A DNA stretch of 64,000 nt from Chiloscyllium plagiosum (taxonomy: Eukaryota): assembly GCF_004010195.1 (NCBI RefSeq), contig NC_057719.1:52286263-52350262 (forward strand), in the 5' to 3' direction. The position numbers were made by a program, and so were the translations under genes. Shown here piece by piece: positions 36,070 to 49,269 of this stretch (the first letter of the stretch is position 1; every line of letters starts with the position of its first letter). The notes beneath the pieces were generated by a model. That model searched no databases, was not told the origin of the DNA, and saw only the letters and a program-made list of their open reading frames with translations.

Positions 36070-38151
36070 TGGTACCATTAGCATGGCTGACATTGTGCGT
36101 AAGCTGCCAGCTCACCCAGAAGCCATGTCTAAAATTTCTGGGGATGAGAGTACAGAGGAGGTATTGACAAGGCTGCCTCCTGCATCCTCCCATCAGTTCA
36201 GATAGTGGCGGTTCAGTGGAAACATTCATGTTGGAAAAAGTGGGAGCTTAATCCAGTGAGCATATCTGGTAAGAAGGTCTTGTGGTGCCAGCAATCAGGG
36301 ACGTCATGCACATGTGCTCCCCTAAGACTTTGAGACATGTTGCTTGCTTGCTGCACATCTGGTTTGTTCACTGTGTAAACTGCTGGCATGTATTGCAGGT
36401 ATGACATTCACAAAAGATGTTCACCCCCTTGACTGAGGACTGCTCTGCAACTGCCTGATTGTGTGACTGAACTAATTGGCATGGCACAGCAAGGCATGGA
36501 TACTATGACAGTTAGGAGAAAGAAGGTAAAGGTGCATGTGAATTACCTCCTGCAATTACTTGGGAAGATACCATGGGAAGGTCACAAGATATTGAGGTTG
36601 ATTGAGGATTGGACTAGCATAGTCCAATATTGAGGTTGATTGAGGATGGCATAGAAGAACAGTGGAGAAGTGATATGCTTGGCAGTGAAATCATACTGGA
36701 GGTGGCAGAAATGGAGGATGTAAAAGTGGGTATTCCAGCTCTGAGAGGTAGAGGAAAGACGAGAGTAGAATTGAAATACATCTGTTGGAGAGGGTTGAAT
36801 TAGCCTGTTACCAGAGTGGCAAGGAATTCCTGGGAGAGAAAAAAAGAGGATATATCAGAAGCATTAGTGCAGAATGTTGCATCATTAGAACAGATTCAAC
36901 AGAAATGGTGAATCTGGGAGAATGTAATGGGGTCCTTATAGGAAGAAGGATGTGAGGGAGTCTAGTCAACATATCTGTGGGAGCCAATAGGCTGTGGTGT
37001 AATTGTAGTGCCCTTATCTCAGAGCTAGGAGGCCTATGTTCAAATCCCATCTTCTCTAGAGTTATGTAATAATATCTATGAGTAAGTTGATTAAAATGCT
37101 TATAATGAACAAGTAAATAATGTATCTGCAAAAATAGAGACGAGATGTCAAGGAGGGGGTTGTAAAAAATGGATCATTTGAAGGTAACCAGTAATTAGGA
37201 GTCTCACATAACTGCACAACTCTAAAATAAATGAATAATTTCTTTGCTACAGCATTATTTTAGCTTGTCATTGATATAAACTTGGTATTAGTAGGATACC
37301 CAGTTGATTAAATAGTGTTAAAATTATTGTAAATTATTTTCTTATTAGGTTCATCCCATTTTGTTGAAAGTGCTGATGGAAGGATGCAAATGAATTGCAT
37401 ATTAAACTGAGTATGGTACCAAAGATACAAAAATGTGAGCGTGTAAGGAGAGAAATGTTTTGAAATTATTAACTTGTGAAAATAAAATATTTCTCTGGGC
37501 TTTCACAACACCATGGGGACTGCTTTTGCTAAGCAAATGATGCTATAGAATTGCACAACTTCGTTTGTATTGGCATTTTTTGTAATTCACTCTTTTATTT
37601 CATATTCCAAGAAAAAAAGACCCTGAAATTCAAGCCCCTGTTAAAATTAAACATTAAAACAAATACAGTTTAGATATTAAATATTACATTGTTTGAACAT
37701 GATGTGGGTGTAGAAATAGTAACACAATCCTTAGGCATATTAATAACAAAGACTCTTTAGATTATTATGTAAGTAACGTCTTGCATATCCTTTCACATTT
37801 TCTGCAGTTGAAAGCCTTAGGGAACATATATGCGAAATTCTGGCATGAATCTTTAGTCATTGCTGATGACAATAAAATTATTTCATAATTGAAGTATCTG
37901 GTTCTCTATTCCAACTGTATTTAATACCTACAAACCATTTTCCATGCATATTCTGTCATTTTCTATATGCTACCAAATATGCACAACAGATTGCACATGG
38001 AAGGAGGTGAGGAAATTGCTGGGGTTTGTATGCAGTCTTCACATCCTCTCTAGCCACAGGAAAGGTGCAGAAGACTGGAGACTAGCCAATTTTGTTCCTT
38101 AATTTAAGAAGGGCAACAGATTTAATCAGGAAATTACAGGCCGGTGAACCT

Positions 38152-38502
38152 TTACAAGATATTTGATGGCTTAGAAAGGGTGGATGCTGGGAAATTGTTT
38201 CCAAAAGGTAGGGAAAAAGCTATGAGAATCCTTAGAATTAGAGGGGGTCAATTTAGAATGGGAATGAGGAGACAGTTCTTCAGCCAGAGAGTGGTGGGCC
38301 TCTGAAATGCATTGCCACAGAGCGAAATGGAGGCTGGGATGTTAAATGTTTTCAAGGCAGAGATTGATAAATTCTTAATCTCACAAGGAATTAAGTGATA
38401 TGGGGAGAGTGCGCTAAGTAGCGTTGAAATGCCCATCAGGCGGAGTGGACACAGTGAGCTGAATGGCCTTACTGCCACTCCTATTTCTTATGGAATTATG
38501 AT
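38152..38502 (+). mobile_element. Nested CR1 3' fragment (23480 family)
   Basis: Closely similar to 23730-24100; splits the outer CR1 between RPVNL and VGKLLE. Confidence 0.85.
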
Positions 38503-39397
38503 CGTAGGAAAATTATTGGAGAAGATTCTTAGAGATAGGATTTACTCACATTTAGAAAAATATGGAATTATTAGCAATAGACACCAATGCTTCAATAGGG
38601 GAGGTTGTGTCTCACATACTTGATTGTGATTTTTGAGAAAGTGACAAAGCTGATTGATGAGGACACATTACTAGATGCATATGGGGTCCGTATGGGGTTT
38701 AGCAAGACCTTTGACAAGATGCCTCATGGCAGGCTGATATAAAAGGTGAAATCACATGGCATTCATGGTGAGCTGATAAATGGATACAATATTGGCTTAG
38801 TCAAAGAAGACAGAGAGTAGTGGTGGAAGTCTGTTTTTCTGATTGGAGCTTGGTGACCAGTAGTGTTCTGCAGGGATCAATGCTGGAACCCTGATTTGTT
38901 TGTAATATATAAATGATTTGGAGAAGAATGTTGGTGCCTTGACCAATAAGTTTGCAAATAACCCAAAGACTGGGAGAGCTGTAATAGTGAGGAGGATTGC
39001 CAAAGAATACAGCAGGATATAGACAGGCTGGAGGCTTGAGTGGAGAATTGGAAGATGGAATTTAATCTGAACAAATGGAAGATGATGCATTTGGAAAATC
39101 TAATGCAGGACAGAAGTATACAGTAAATGGTGGAACTCTTAAGAGCATCAACAGATAGAGGGATCAAGGCATACAAGTCCATAGTTGCCTGAAAATGGCA
39201 ATGCAAGTGGATAAGGGTGACCAAGAAGGCACACAGCATTCTTGCCTTCAAAAGTTGGGGTTTAGAGTATTAAAATTGGCAAGTCAGGTTGCAGCTATTT
39301 GAAGTTTAGTTAGACCAGATTTGGAATATTGTGTACAGTTCTGGTCACCACACTACAATAAGGATGTGGATAGTTTGGAGAGGCTACAGAAATGGGA

Positions 39398-39625
39398 TTT
39401 AGATTAGATTTAGATTAGATTAGATTATAGATTATATTACAGTGTGGAAACAGGCCCTTCGGCCCAACAAGTCCACACCGACCCGCCGGAGCACCCGGAG
39501 GAAACCCACGCAGACACGGGGAGAACGTGCAAACTCCACACAGTCAGTCGCCTGAGGCGGGAAGTGAACCCGGGTCTCTGGCGCTGTGAGGCAACAGTGC
39601 TAACCACTGTGCCACCGTGCCGCCC
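39398..39625 (-). mobile_element. HE1-like SINE, internally deleted
   Basis: (ttaga)n tail; ccgacccgccg joined directly to gagcacccggag. Confidence 0.9.
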
Positions 39626-40424
39626 ACAGAAGGTTGCCTGGTTTGAAGAGTATTAGCTATGAAAAGAAATTAGACAAACTTGTTTTCTTTTCCCTTGAAC
39701 ATCGAAGGATGAGGGGCGGTGATAGAGGTTTACAGAATTATGAGTGGCATGGATGGAATGGATGGTTAGAGTCTATTTCTTAGGGTTGACATGTGAATTG
39801 CTAGGGGTCATAGGTTTAAGGTAAAAGGGAGTAACTTTAAAAGAGATGGGAGATGAAAGGTTTTGACATGGAGGGTGGTAAGTGCCTGGAATGCACGACC
39901 AGACGAGGTGTTGGAGGTGGAGACAATAGCAACAATTAAGAGGCACCTGACAGATATATCAATTGGAAGAGAATAGAGAGATGGAGCCAACATTGAGGCA
40001 AAAGGATGTTAGTTTAGAGAAATGCATTTGTTGGGAAGGTTTTGCTGGACTGAAAGGAATGTTCCAGTTCTGTACAGTTCTTTGTTCTGGCCACTTCACG
40101 TCTTGCACACAGGTATTGAAACACAAAACTTGTAACTAATTCCTTCTGTTGGAAAAGTTTCTTATTTTCGTAAATAAAATCCCTTAAATGTAAATCAACT
40201 CATATATATGTTCAGTCATTAAGTGAGTTGCTTATGTTTTGCATCATTTCTTACTAACAAATTTGGGATCCAACATGTGAATCTGCCTTTGGCACAAACC
40301 TGTGTAATTCTGGACAAACTGGATCCTAGACTTCTCCATCAGTTTTGCACCTTGTTTGGCGTGGAAGGACTATTCATCTAAAGTGGCGTAAAAGTGATTA
40401 GGGAAAGGGAGCTTCAGACTGAGA

Positions 40425-41690
40425 GATTAAGGGCTGATTAGGGATAGTCAGCAAGGCTTTATGTGTGGGAAATCATGTCCCATAAAGGTGATTGAGGTTT
40501 TTGAGGGTGTAACAAAAAAGATTGATGAGGGCAGAGCAGTAGATGGTGTCTACATGGACTTCAATAAAGCCTGTGACAAGGTTCAGCTTGGTAGACTAAT
40601 TAGCAAAGTTACATCACTCGGGATTCAGGTGGAGCTTGTCAATTGGAAATAAAATTAGCTTGATGGTAGGAGTCAGACCGTGGTTGAGGAGGGTTTTTTT
40701 TGGACTGGAGACCTGGGACCAATGGTGTTCCACAGGGATCAGTGCTGGGTCTGTTGTCATTTATATAAACAATTTGGATGAGAATTTAGGCGGCATGGTT
40801 AGTAAGTTTGTGGATGACGCCAAAATTGGTGGTATAGTCGACAGTGAAGAAGGTTACCTAAGATTACAAATGGATCATGATTGATAGGGCCAATGGGCTG
40901 AGGAGGGGTAGATGCAGTTTAATCTTGATAAATGCAAGGTATTGCATTTTGGTTTAAAGAAAAGGGCAGGACTTATACAGTAATCTTAGGGCCCTTGGTA
41001 TTGTTGTTAAATAGAGAGACCCAGGGATTCAGGTTCGTAATTCTTTAAAATTTGCATCACAGCTGAACAAGGTGGTTAAGAAGGTGTTTAGTATGTTTGC
41101 CTTCATTGTTTAGACCATTGAGTATAAGGGAGGGGGCAACTTATTGAGGTTGTACAGGAAATGGGTGCGATCAATTCTGGAGTACTGTATACAGTTCTGG
41201 TCGCCCTGATATAGAAAGGTTATTATTAAATTGGAGAAGGTTCAGAAGAGATTTACCCCCAGGATTGTGCCAGGACTGCAGTATTTGAATTATAAAAATA
41301 AGCTGGATAGTTCGGGACATTTTTCAATGGGACATGAGAGGTTGAGGCGTGATCTTATAGATGTTTATAAAATCATGAGGGGCATAAATAAGGTAAAGAG
41401 CAAATGTTTTTTTCCCTGGTGTGTTCAAAACTAGGAGACACTTTTATGGTGAGAGGAGAAAGGTTTAAAAAGGATCTTAGGGGCAACTTTTTCACACATA
41501 GGGGTGATTTATACATGAATGAACTGGCAGAGGAAGTGGTCGATGCAGGTACAGATACAATATTTAAAACACATTTTGATAATTACATGAAAAGGAGAGG
41601 AAATGCAGGCAAGTGGGATTAGTTTAGTTTGGGAAACATGGTTGGCACGGATGAGTTGGACTGAAGGGTCTGTTTCCATGCAGTATTACC
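40425..41690 (+). mobile_element. 5'-truncated CR1 LINE
   Basis: GKSC..KIDEGRAVDGVYMDFNKA; SKFVDDAKIGG; RGERFKKDLRGNFF. Confidence 0.92.
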
Positions 41691-41691
41691 C

Positions 41692-41791
41692 TAGTCTGAG
41701 AGAGGAGATGGAAATCAGTGGGCTGAATGAAAGCAGGAGAATAGTCTGAGAGAGGAGATGGAAATCAGTGGGCTGAATGAAAGCAGGAGAA
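41692..41791 (+). repeat. Perfect 50-bp tandem duplication
   Basis: tagtctgagagaggagatggaaatcagtgggctgaatgaaagcaggagaa x2. Confidence 0.95.
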
Positions 41792-43024
41792 TGAAAAGCA
41801 GTTTAGCCTATTTTCGAATATTTTAGAATTTAGCCCATCCTTAGCAACTGCTGGCGTTAACAACTTTTGTCTGAGCAGCAGCCACTCAGGAGAAGCCCAT
41901 CATTGGTATTTGAATTTGGAGCCACCCCTAAGCCTACAGGGCTATTGCCAAATGGTCCAAGTGGTTGTATTCCAATGTTTAGTATATTCTGGGCAATCAA
42001 CATAGAAATTAACCTTATGACTAGCAATTACCACTTCTTTTTCATTGTACCTTGCCACTTTAAAATATTAAGTGATTTGCTTTTCCCTTTCAAGTTTTCA
42101 TCCTCCTTCTCACGAAGGTATTGATTCTTAGTTGGTATATAGTGACCCAGGTGCCAGTCAATGCAGTATCTGTCTAAGTAGTCATGATTCTATGTATGAC
42201 CCTTGTCAGTGACCATTTCAATATCAGGAGAAATTGTAATGGAACATGATCTTGTCTTCTCCCAACATCCTTCATCACCCAGCAACAGGAATTGTTGAAT
42301 AGTGACCTGGGGCAGGATTGTCTGATTGATTTCCCTATCTCCAATATGGGCTCGGAATGCAATTAAACTACAGCTCCAGCTGGGAGGATAAGAGCACAAA
42401 TGACATTTCGCTCTGCTTTTATATTTAAGGTGCACTTGTAATTAAAGTGACTGTCATAGTTGGGAGCAGTGTTAGAATTAAGCTGTGTAGAAGCTCTAAA
42501 CATACTTTTGGAATGGTCTGGGACAAGCACAGATTTGATTTGAATCTGCAATGACATTTGAAACAAAGTTCCACAGTGTTCTATTTGCAGTGTTAGATTC
42601 ACTTGCATATGAAACTGACTGAAATAAATTGAGAACTTATCACAAACCTCTGTACAAAATACTGAGTGTATAGTAATGCCAGTCCTATATATACCTGACA
42701 TTTCCTGAACGAAATCAACCTTGTCTGTCTGAATGAATTTGGATTTTAAGTAGAATGATTTGTTTCAGTGAATTAATGCGGTCACTTCTACCAAAGGTGG
42801 CAACCAGCCGATTAATAAATATTAATAAAGTGTCGACTGGTGCCACTATCAGTCAGTGGAAATCGGATGATAGACGGGTGCAATGCAGTATCTTCACTCT
42901 CTACACAAAGGCATTTGAACACATAGCTGGAATTTTCTCTTGCTGAACATGATGCTCTAACCATGTTATAGAGAGCGCAAGTCGGTTTTTAAAAAAGCTG
43001 AGTGAATAACATTATTAATTTTAG

Positions 43025-44620
43025 TGGTAGTGGTTCTGAAAGGGTTAATGTTGAAAACTGCACTAAACTCCACCCATTTTGATGATAAACTTGGGTTGGG
43101 AAAGGCAGTACATCTCAGGATCTTGTAGACCGAAGATCTATATCCACAGGTCTCCCGACAAACTCAGTAGCAATGTCTAATTAACTAATGGAATCTGAAC
43201 CCGATTGCTATCATGCAATATCTACCTCTTGTTTAAGACCTCTTCTCATTAATTCACTAGTGGTTTTTCTCTATTACTGTAAACCATGTAGGCTCTTAAT
43301 CTCAGCCAAGGGGCATCAAACATATGCAGTCTGACATCACAGCACATGGGATAACATAAAAACAATGTGCATTCTTGCTTAATATCACAACGTAACAGTG
43401 GTGAGCATCCCAGTGCACCCAGGAGCAGAGAATTCAAGTGGACCCAGCAGCAGTCCTGGATATTTAAAACTTCAAAGAATTCACTTCTTTAAGACCTTTG
43501 CATACAATCGGTCGCAGTTGAACAGTCATACAGCTTACAGACAAACTTGGAGAAAGGCCAACAATGAAGAACAGCAATGGTAAAGACGTTTACTTCAGAT
43601 CTGGTAGGTGTAGCACTGAAGCAAGTCTGAACTAGAAACTACTCACAGTCAGCAGTTACAAGTTCCATTGAGAAGCAAGAGTCCATTGGAGATGTTCCAA
43701 TCAGAAGTTCCGTTAGACAGCAAACCAGCATCAGAGCTCTGTGAGTAAAGTTAAAAATTCCTGATGAGCAAAGGGAAACCTTTAAATAGCATAGAATAAG
43801 TTGAAAATGCTCAGAGTTAAAATGAGCACAGTCAGCATTGCTCTCAGAGTGAGTGTGCACTACAAAGCACAGTGACATTGGAAAATCCAGTCCAATAGAA
43901 GTAATTTAAATCAATATTGTAGCACTGGTCACATTATGAAGTCAGAATGTAGATGACAAAGGGGCAATTTAAAAGCCTAAACAGAGTCTAACAGAAGAAA
44001 ACACAAGAAGTTCTACAAGCTTTTGACAATTACTTTAATCTGTGAACAAGTAAAAGCAAGAATTAACAGAAGAGTTCAGCATCAAGGAGAATTGATGGGT
44101 ACATTCCTTAATGATCTCCACAGATTAAAGGAAAATTATGATTATATGGCTTTACTATCAGAATATATAAAAGACAGAATCATTGTCAGAATTATTGATA
44201 TGTGTCAAATTATTTGATTTGAAGAAGATTTGACTCAATAGAAAACCATTCAGATTGTGCTGGAATCAGAAATTAAGAAGCAACATAGAGAGGTCCAGAG
44301 GACAACTTATCACTGGGAAGCAGCAGATTTCATTCTGTTTTTAAGATATAAAAATATAAAGATAAACAGGACAAGCCATGATGGAGAGTAAGTCAGCTGG
44401 CATATACTAAGAGTCAGTGTCAGTGCTGTGGAACAAGGGAGCTTCACAGTTAGCAGTGCCCAGCTATTAAAAAAAATGCTATATCTGTAAAACTACAGAT
44501 CACTTCCAGAAAAGGTGTAGAAGTATGGTACGAGTAACAGAGCAGCAAAAAAGCCAAATGGCTATTCATACAGACAATAATGTGGGTAATTCCTAGCATT
44601 AGAAAAGATACCAAACATTG
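43025..44620 (+). mobile_element. Decayed Gypsy (Mag-like) putative 5' LTR + gag
   Basis: ..gtaaca|g tgg at 43397-43401 (LTR end/PBS-like); ARINRRVQHQGELMGTFLNDLHRL..IKDRIIVRIID; two zinc knuckles CQCCG..H..QC and CYICKTTDHFQKRC at ~44415-44520. Confidence 0.72.
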
Positions 44621-44622
44621 TA

Positions 44623-44945
44623 GGCAGCATGGAGACACAGTGGTTAGCACTGCTGCTTCTCAGCGCCAGAGACCCAGGTTCAATTCCTGCCTCAGGCAAC
44701 TGCTTGTGTGGAGTTTGCACATTCTCTCCGTGTCTGCGTGGGTTTCCTCTGGGTGCTCCGGTTTCCTCCCAAAGTCCAAAAATGTGCAGGTTAGGTGACT
44801 TGGCCATGCTAAATTGCCTGTAGTGTTAGGTGAAGGGTTAAATGTAGGGGAATGGGTCTGGGTGGGTTGCTCTTCAGAGGGTCATTGTGGACTTGTTGGG
44901 CCGTAGGATCTGTTTCCACACTGTAATTAATCTAATCTAATCTAA
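44623..44945 (+). mobile_element. HE1-like SINE
   Basis: Full-length copy with (taatc)n tail. Confidence 0.92.
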
Positions 44946-44994
44946 TTATTCTTAGCGGAAATTGATGACCTAACCAACTTGAGTTTGAAAGAAC

Positions 44995-47150
44995 CTATTT
45001 GTGTAAATCCTTTTGTGCTTCAAAATTATAATGCATTTCTCCATTTACAAAGGTAGTCAATGCTTTTATTTTCCAACCAAAGGGCATAACCTCACAGTTT
45101 CCCATATTTAATTCCATCTGCCACTTCTTTGCCCACTCTCCTAGCCTGTCCAAGTCCTTTTGCAGCCTCCCTGCTTCCTCAATATTACTTGTCCCTCTAC
45201 CCGTTTTTGTGTTATCTGAAAACTTAGCAACAATGCCCTCAGTTTCTTTGTCCCAATCGCTAATGTATAACAAGAATAGTTGTGGTCTCAACAATGATCC
45301 CTGTGGAACACTGTTAGTCACTGGCTGCAATCCTGAAAAGGATCCCCACTCTCTGCCTTCTGCCAGTCAACCAATCCTCTGTCCATGCCAGTACCTTGAC
45401 CCTAACACTATGGGCTCTTATCTTATCTCTCAGCCGCCGAAGTGACACCTTATCCAAAGGCTTTCTGCAAATCCAAATAGATCAAGTGCACAGCCTCTCC
45501 TTTGTCCAACTGTTTTTTTATCTCCTCAAAAAAACTCAAACTGATTTGTCAGGCATGACTTGCACTTGATGAAGCCATGCTGACTCAACCCTATTTTACC
45601 ACGCACTTCCAATTACTCCACAATCTCATCTTTAATACAAGACTTTTACAAATCTTACCAAAGACCGAGGTCAGGCTAACCGGCCTATAGCTTCCTGTCT
45701 TCTGCCTCCCTCCTTCCTAAACACAGGTGTTACATCAGTCTTTTACCAGTCCTTTCAGACTATCCCTGACTCTAGTGATTCCCAAAAGACTGCCACCAAT
45801 GCATCCACAATCTCCTCAGCTGTCTCCATTAAAAACACTGAAACGTAGTCCATCCAGTGATTTATCGATCTTCAGACCTTTCAGCTTGCCCAGCACCTTC
45901 TCCTTAGTGACGGCTGCTACATTCACCTCTCTTGAAGTTTTGCTACTGATGTCTTCCACTGTGAAAACTGATGCAAAGTACCTCTTCAGTTCCTCCGCCA
46001 TTTCTTTTTTTCTGATTACTATTTCTTTGGCCTCATTTCCCAGTAGCCTAATTTTCACTCTTGCTTCTTTTGTATCTCTTTAAATATCTAAAATGTCTCT
46101 TGCAATCTTCTTTTATATTGCTAGTTAGTTTACCCTCATATTTCATCTTCACCTTCCTTATTGCTTTTTGTAGTTGTTCTCTGCAGGTTTTTTTTAAAGG
46201 CTTCCCAATCCTTTGATTTCCCACTAACCTTCCCCATATTGTATGCTTTAATACTGTCCCTGACTTCCCTTGTCAGCCCTGGTTGCTGTGCCCTCCCCCT
46301 AGTATGTTGCTTCCTGCTTGGGATGTATTTCTGCTGTGCTTCCCGAATTACCCCCAGAAACCCCTGCCATTGCTGCTCCATCATCTTCCCTTCTAGGTTT
46401 CCCTTCCAATCAAATTAGGGTGGCACGGTGGCTCAGTGGTTAGCACTGCTGCCTCACAGTGCCAGGGACCTGGGTTTGATTTCTGCTTCGGGTGACTGTC
46501 TGTGTGTGTGGAATTTTCACATTCTCCCCGTGTATGCGTGGGTTTCTTCCCGGTGCTCTGGTTTCTACCCACATTCCAAAAGATGTGCAGATCAGGTGAA
46601 TTGGCCATGCTAAATTGCCCATAGTGTTAGGTGCATTAATCAGGAGTAAATACAGGGAAATGAGTCTGGGTGGGTTACTCTTCAGAGGGTTGGTGTGGAC
46701 TTGTTGGGCCGAAGGGCCTATTTCTACACTGTAGGGAATCTAATCTAATCTAATCTGGCCAGCTCCTCCCTCATTACTTTGTAGTTATCTTTACTCAATT
46801 ATAATACCATTACATCTAATTCCAGCTTCTCTCTCTCAAACTGCAGACTGAATCCTATCATATTATGGTCACTACCCACTAGGGGTTCCTTCACTTTAAG
46901 CTCCTTAATCAAGTCTGCCCCATTACACATCACCAAAACCAGAATTATCTGTTCCCAACTGGCCTCTACCATAAACTGCTCCAAAGCAAACTTTCCTAGA
47001 CATTCCACAAACTCCTTTCTTTGGGATTTGCTCCCAACCTGATTTTCACAGTTGACCTTAATGTTGAAGATCCCCATGATAACTGTAAAGGTATCTTTAT
47101 TTCGTGCCTTTTACATCTGCTGAGTTATTTTCTGCCCCACATCTTGACTA
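44995..47150 (-). mobile_element. CR1 ORF2 fragment (APE to RT)
   Basis: MGIFN..EPLVGSDHNMI; MAEELKRYFASVFT; VPQGSLL..AKFSDNTK..WAKKWQM. Confidence 0.92.
46418..46755 (+). mobile_element. HE1-like SINE nested in CR1
   Basis: Full-length copy with (taatc)n tail. Confidence 0.92.
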
Positions 47151-47385
47151 CAGCTCATTTAGCATTGGTGAATAACAGAAGGTGTAGCTTACAGTGATGA
47201 AACGCACAATCCATATTGTCAACTAGAATAATGATATGGTATAAACAAACATTGCAACATTAGGGTAGTAGGATAGTAGAGAATGCATACATAATTCATT
47301 ATCTAGAAATTTTACTCAAGTAGACATGTGTAGAGTTCAATTTTCTTGAAGTAGTAGGAAACGTTTAACTAATTACAATGAACAG

Positions 47386-48139
47386 GAGAAAGTGAGGACT
47401 GCAGATGCTGGAGATCAGAGTCAAAAAGTGTGGTGCTGGAAAAGCACAGCATGTCAGACAGCAGCTGAGGAACAGGAGAATCGATGTTTCGGGCATAAGC
47501 CCTTCATCAGGAATATAAGTGCTGGGGGGGCGGGGTTGGAGGGGGTTGAGAAATAAATAGGAGGGTGGGGAGGGGCTGAGGGGTAGAGCGGATACTTGGG
47601 AAGGAAGATGGACAGGTAGGACAGTTCAAGAGGGTGGTGCCGAGTTGGATGATTGGATCTGGGAATGGTGGGGGGAGAGAAGATGGGAAATCGACATTGA
47701 TGTTGTGAGACTGGAAGGTCCCAAGGCATTGGGTGGCTAGGATTTGGCAGTGAAAAAGGCCCAGGACTTGCATGTCCTTGGCGGAGTGGTAGGGGGAGTT
47801 GAAGTGGTTGGCCACAGGGCTGTGTGATTGTTGATGCATGTGTCCCAAAGATGTTCCCTGAAATGTTTCACGAGTTGGTGTCCTTTCTCCCCAGTGTTGA
47901 GCTGAGACCGCCGGCCTCTCACCATCACCCTCTACCTGCATCTACATATCGCCTTCCCAGCTATCTTCCCCGTAGCCACAATCCACCCTCCTATTTATCT
48001 CTCAACCCCCTTCCCCGCTCTCTACATTCCTCACGAAGGGCTTATGCCCAAAAAGTCGAATCTCCTGCATCTTGGATGCTGCCTGACCTGCTGTGTTTTT
48101 CCACTGTCACATTTTTCGACTATTTACAACTAACTTACG
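47386..48139 (-). mobile_element. 5'-truncated PLE (GIY-YIG remnant) with inverted pLTR ends
   Basis: TGEKGHQLVKHFREHL, SPVANHFNSPYHS..MQVLGL; 47420-47512 inverted at 48025-48120; 18-bp direct repeat flanks. Confidence 0.85.
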
Positions 48140-48617
48140 ACTAATTACAATGAACAGTCAGCAGATCAAGTGAGGTAAACTTATGCAAAGTTGATTTGTT
48201 CAAAGGCAATCCAGTCAGAGAACAACTGGTCCTGGAACTAACAGTTGTTGAACAACTGGTCAAGCAGCAAGCAGCAGAACATTATATTGGGCTTCCTAGA
48301 TTGATGCCATAACTAAAAAAGGAAAATCTATTGAAGTTGACTGATGGCTAAGGAAATGTGTTTTATATGGGCAAGAAGAACTAATAACCAGAAAGCTTAA
48401 ATAGACTCAAGAAGATTCAACAAAATCATTAATCATATTCAAAAACTGAGATAAACAGATTTTTAGTCAGTAAGGGAGTTGAGGGAAAAGGCAGGAAAGT
48501 GGAGTTGAGGATTATCAACCATGATCTTAATGAATGGCTGAACAGATGAGATGGATGGATGACTAACGTCTTCTCTTACATATATGATCTTACGTAATGA
48601 AAATGCATTGCTATTTA

Positions 48618-48927
48618 AGATTACCTACAGTGTGGAAACAGGCCCTTCGGCCCAACAAGTCCACACCAACCCGCTGAAGCGTAACCCACCCAGACCCATT
48701 CTCCTACATTTACCACTTACCTAACACTACGGGCAATTTAGCGTGGCCAATTCACCTAACCTGCACATTTTTGGATTGTGGGAGGAAACCGGAGCACCCG
48801 GAGGAAACCCACGCAGTCACGGGGAGAATGTGCAAACTCCACACAGTCAGTCGCCTGAGGCGGGAATTGAACCCGGGTCTCTGGCGCTGTGAGGCTGCAG
48901 TGCTAACCATTGTGCCACCGTGCCGCC
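48618..48927 (-). mobile_element. HE1-like SINE
   Basis: Full-length reverse copy. Confidence 0.92.
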
Positions 48928-48929
48928 GT

Positions 48930-49190
48930 GTGTTGAAGGACTGCTGGGATCAAACGTCCAGTGATTTGGTGAGATCACAAACTTTGAGCACCGACAGAAT
49001 GACTTACCATTGTAGACAACTTCCTAGTAGATGACAAAAGACTAGTTATTCCAGGCTCCCCCTGAGAAGTTGTCCTGCAAAAGATATACTGGGGACACTT
49101 TGGGATTGCCAAGTATATATTCAGGACTCAATTAGCAGTGTGGTGGTCAGAGATCTTGTATATCATTGTGAAATCTGTGACTATATGGGA
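48930..49190 (+). mobile_element. Gypsy integrase zinc-binding region remnant (probably the same element as 43025)
   Basis: RLVIP...VLQKIYWGHFGIAK..R...VWW. Confidence 0.6.
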
Positions 49191-49269
49191 TTGTCAGGAC
49201 TGGAAAGCAATCACTGAAATAAATCCACATAATAAATACCAGCAAAAATATGTGGGAAGACGAGAGAGG

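Larger units (their letters stand above)
38000..40088 (+). mobile_element. CR1 LINE RT/3' region interrupted by two younger inserts
   Basis: NYRPVNL | [30 protein letters not shown] and 3' end to ~40088. Confidence 0.88.
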
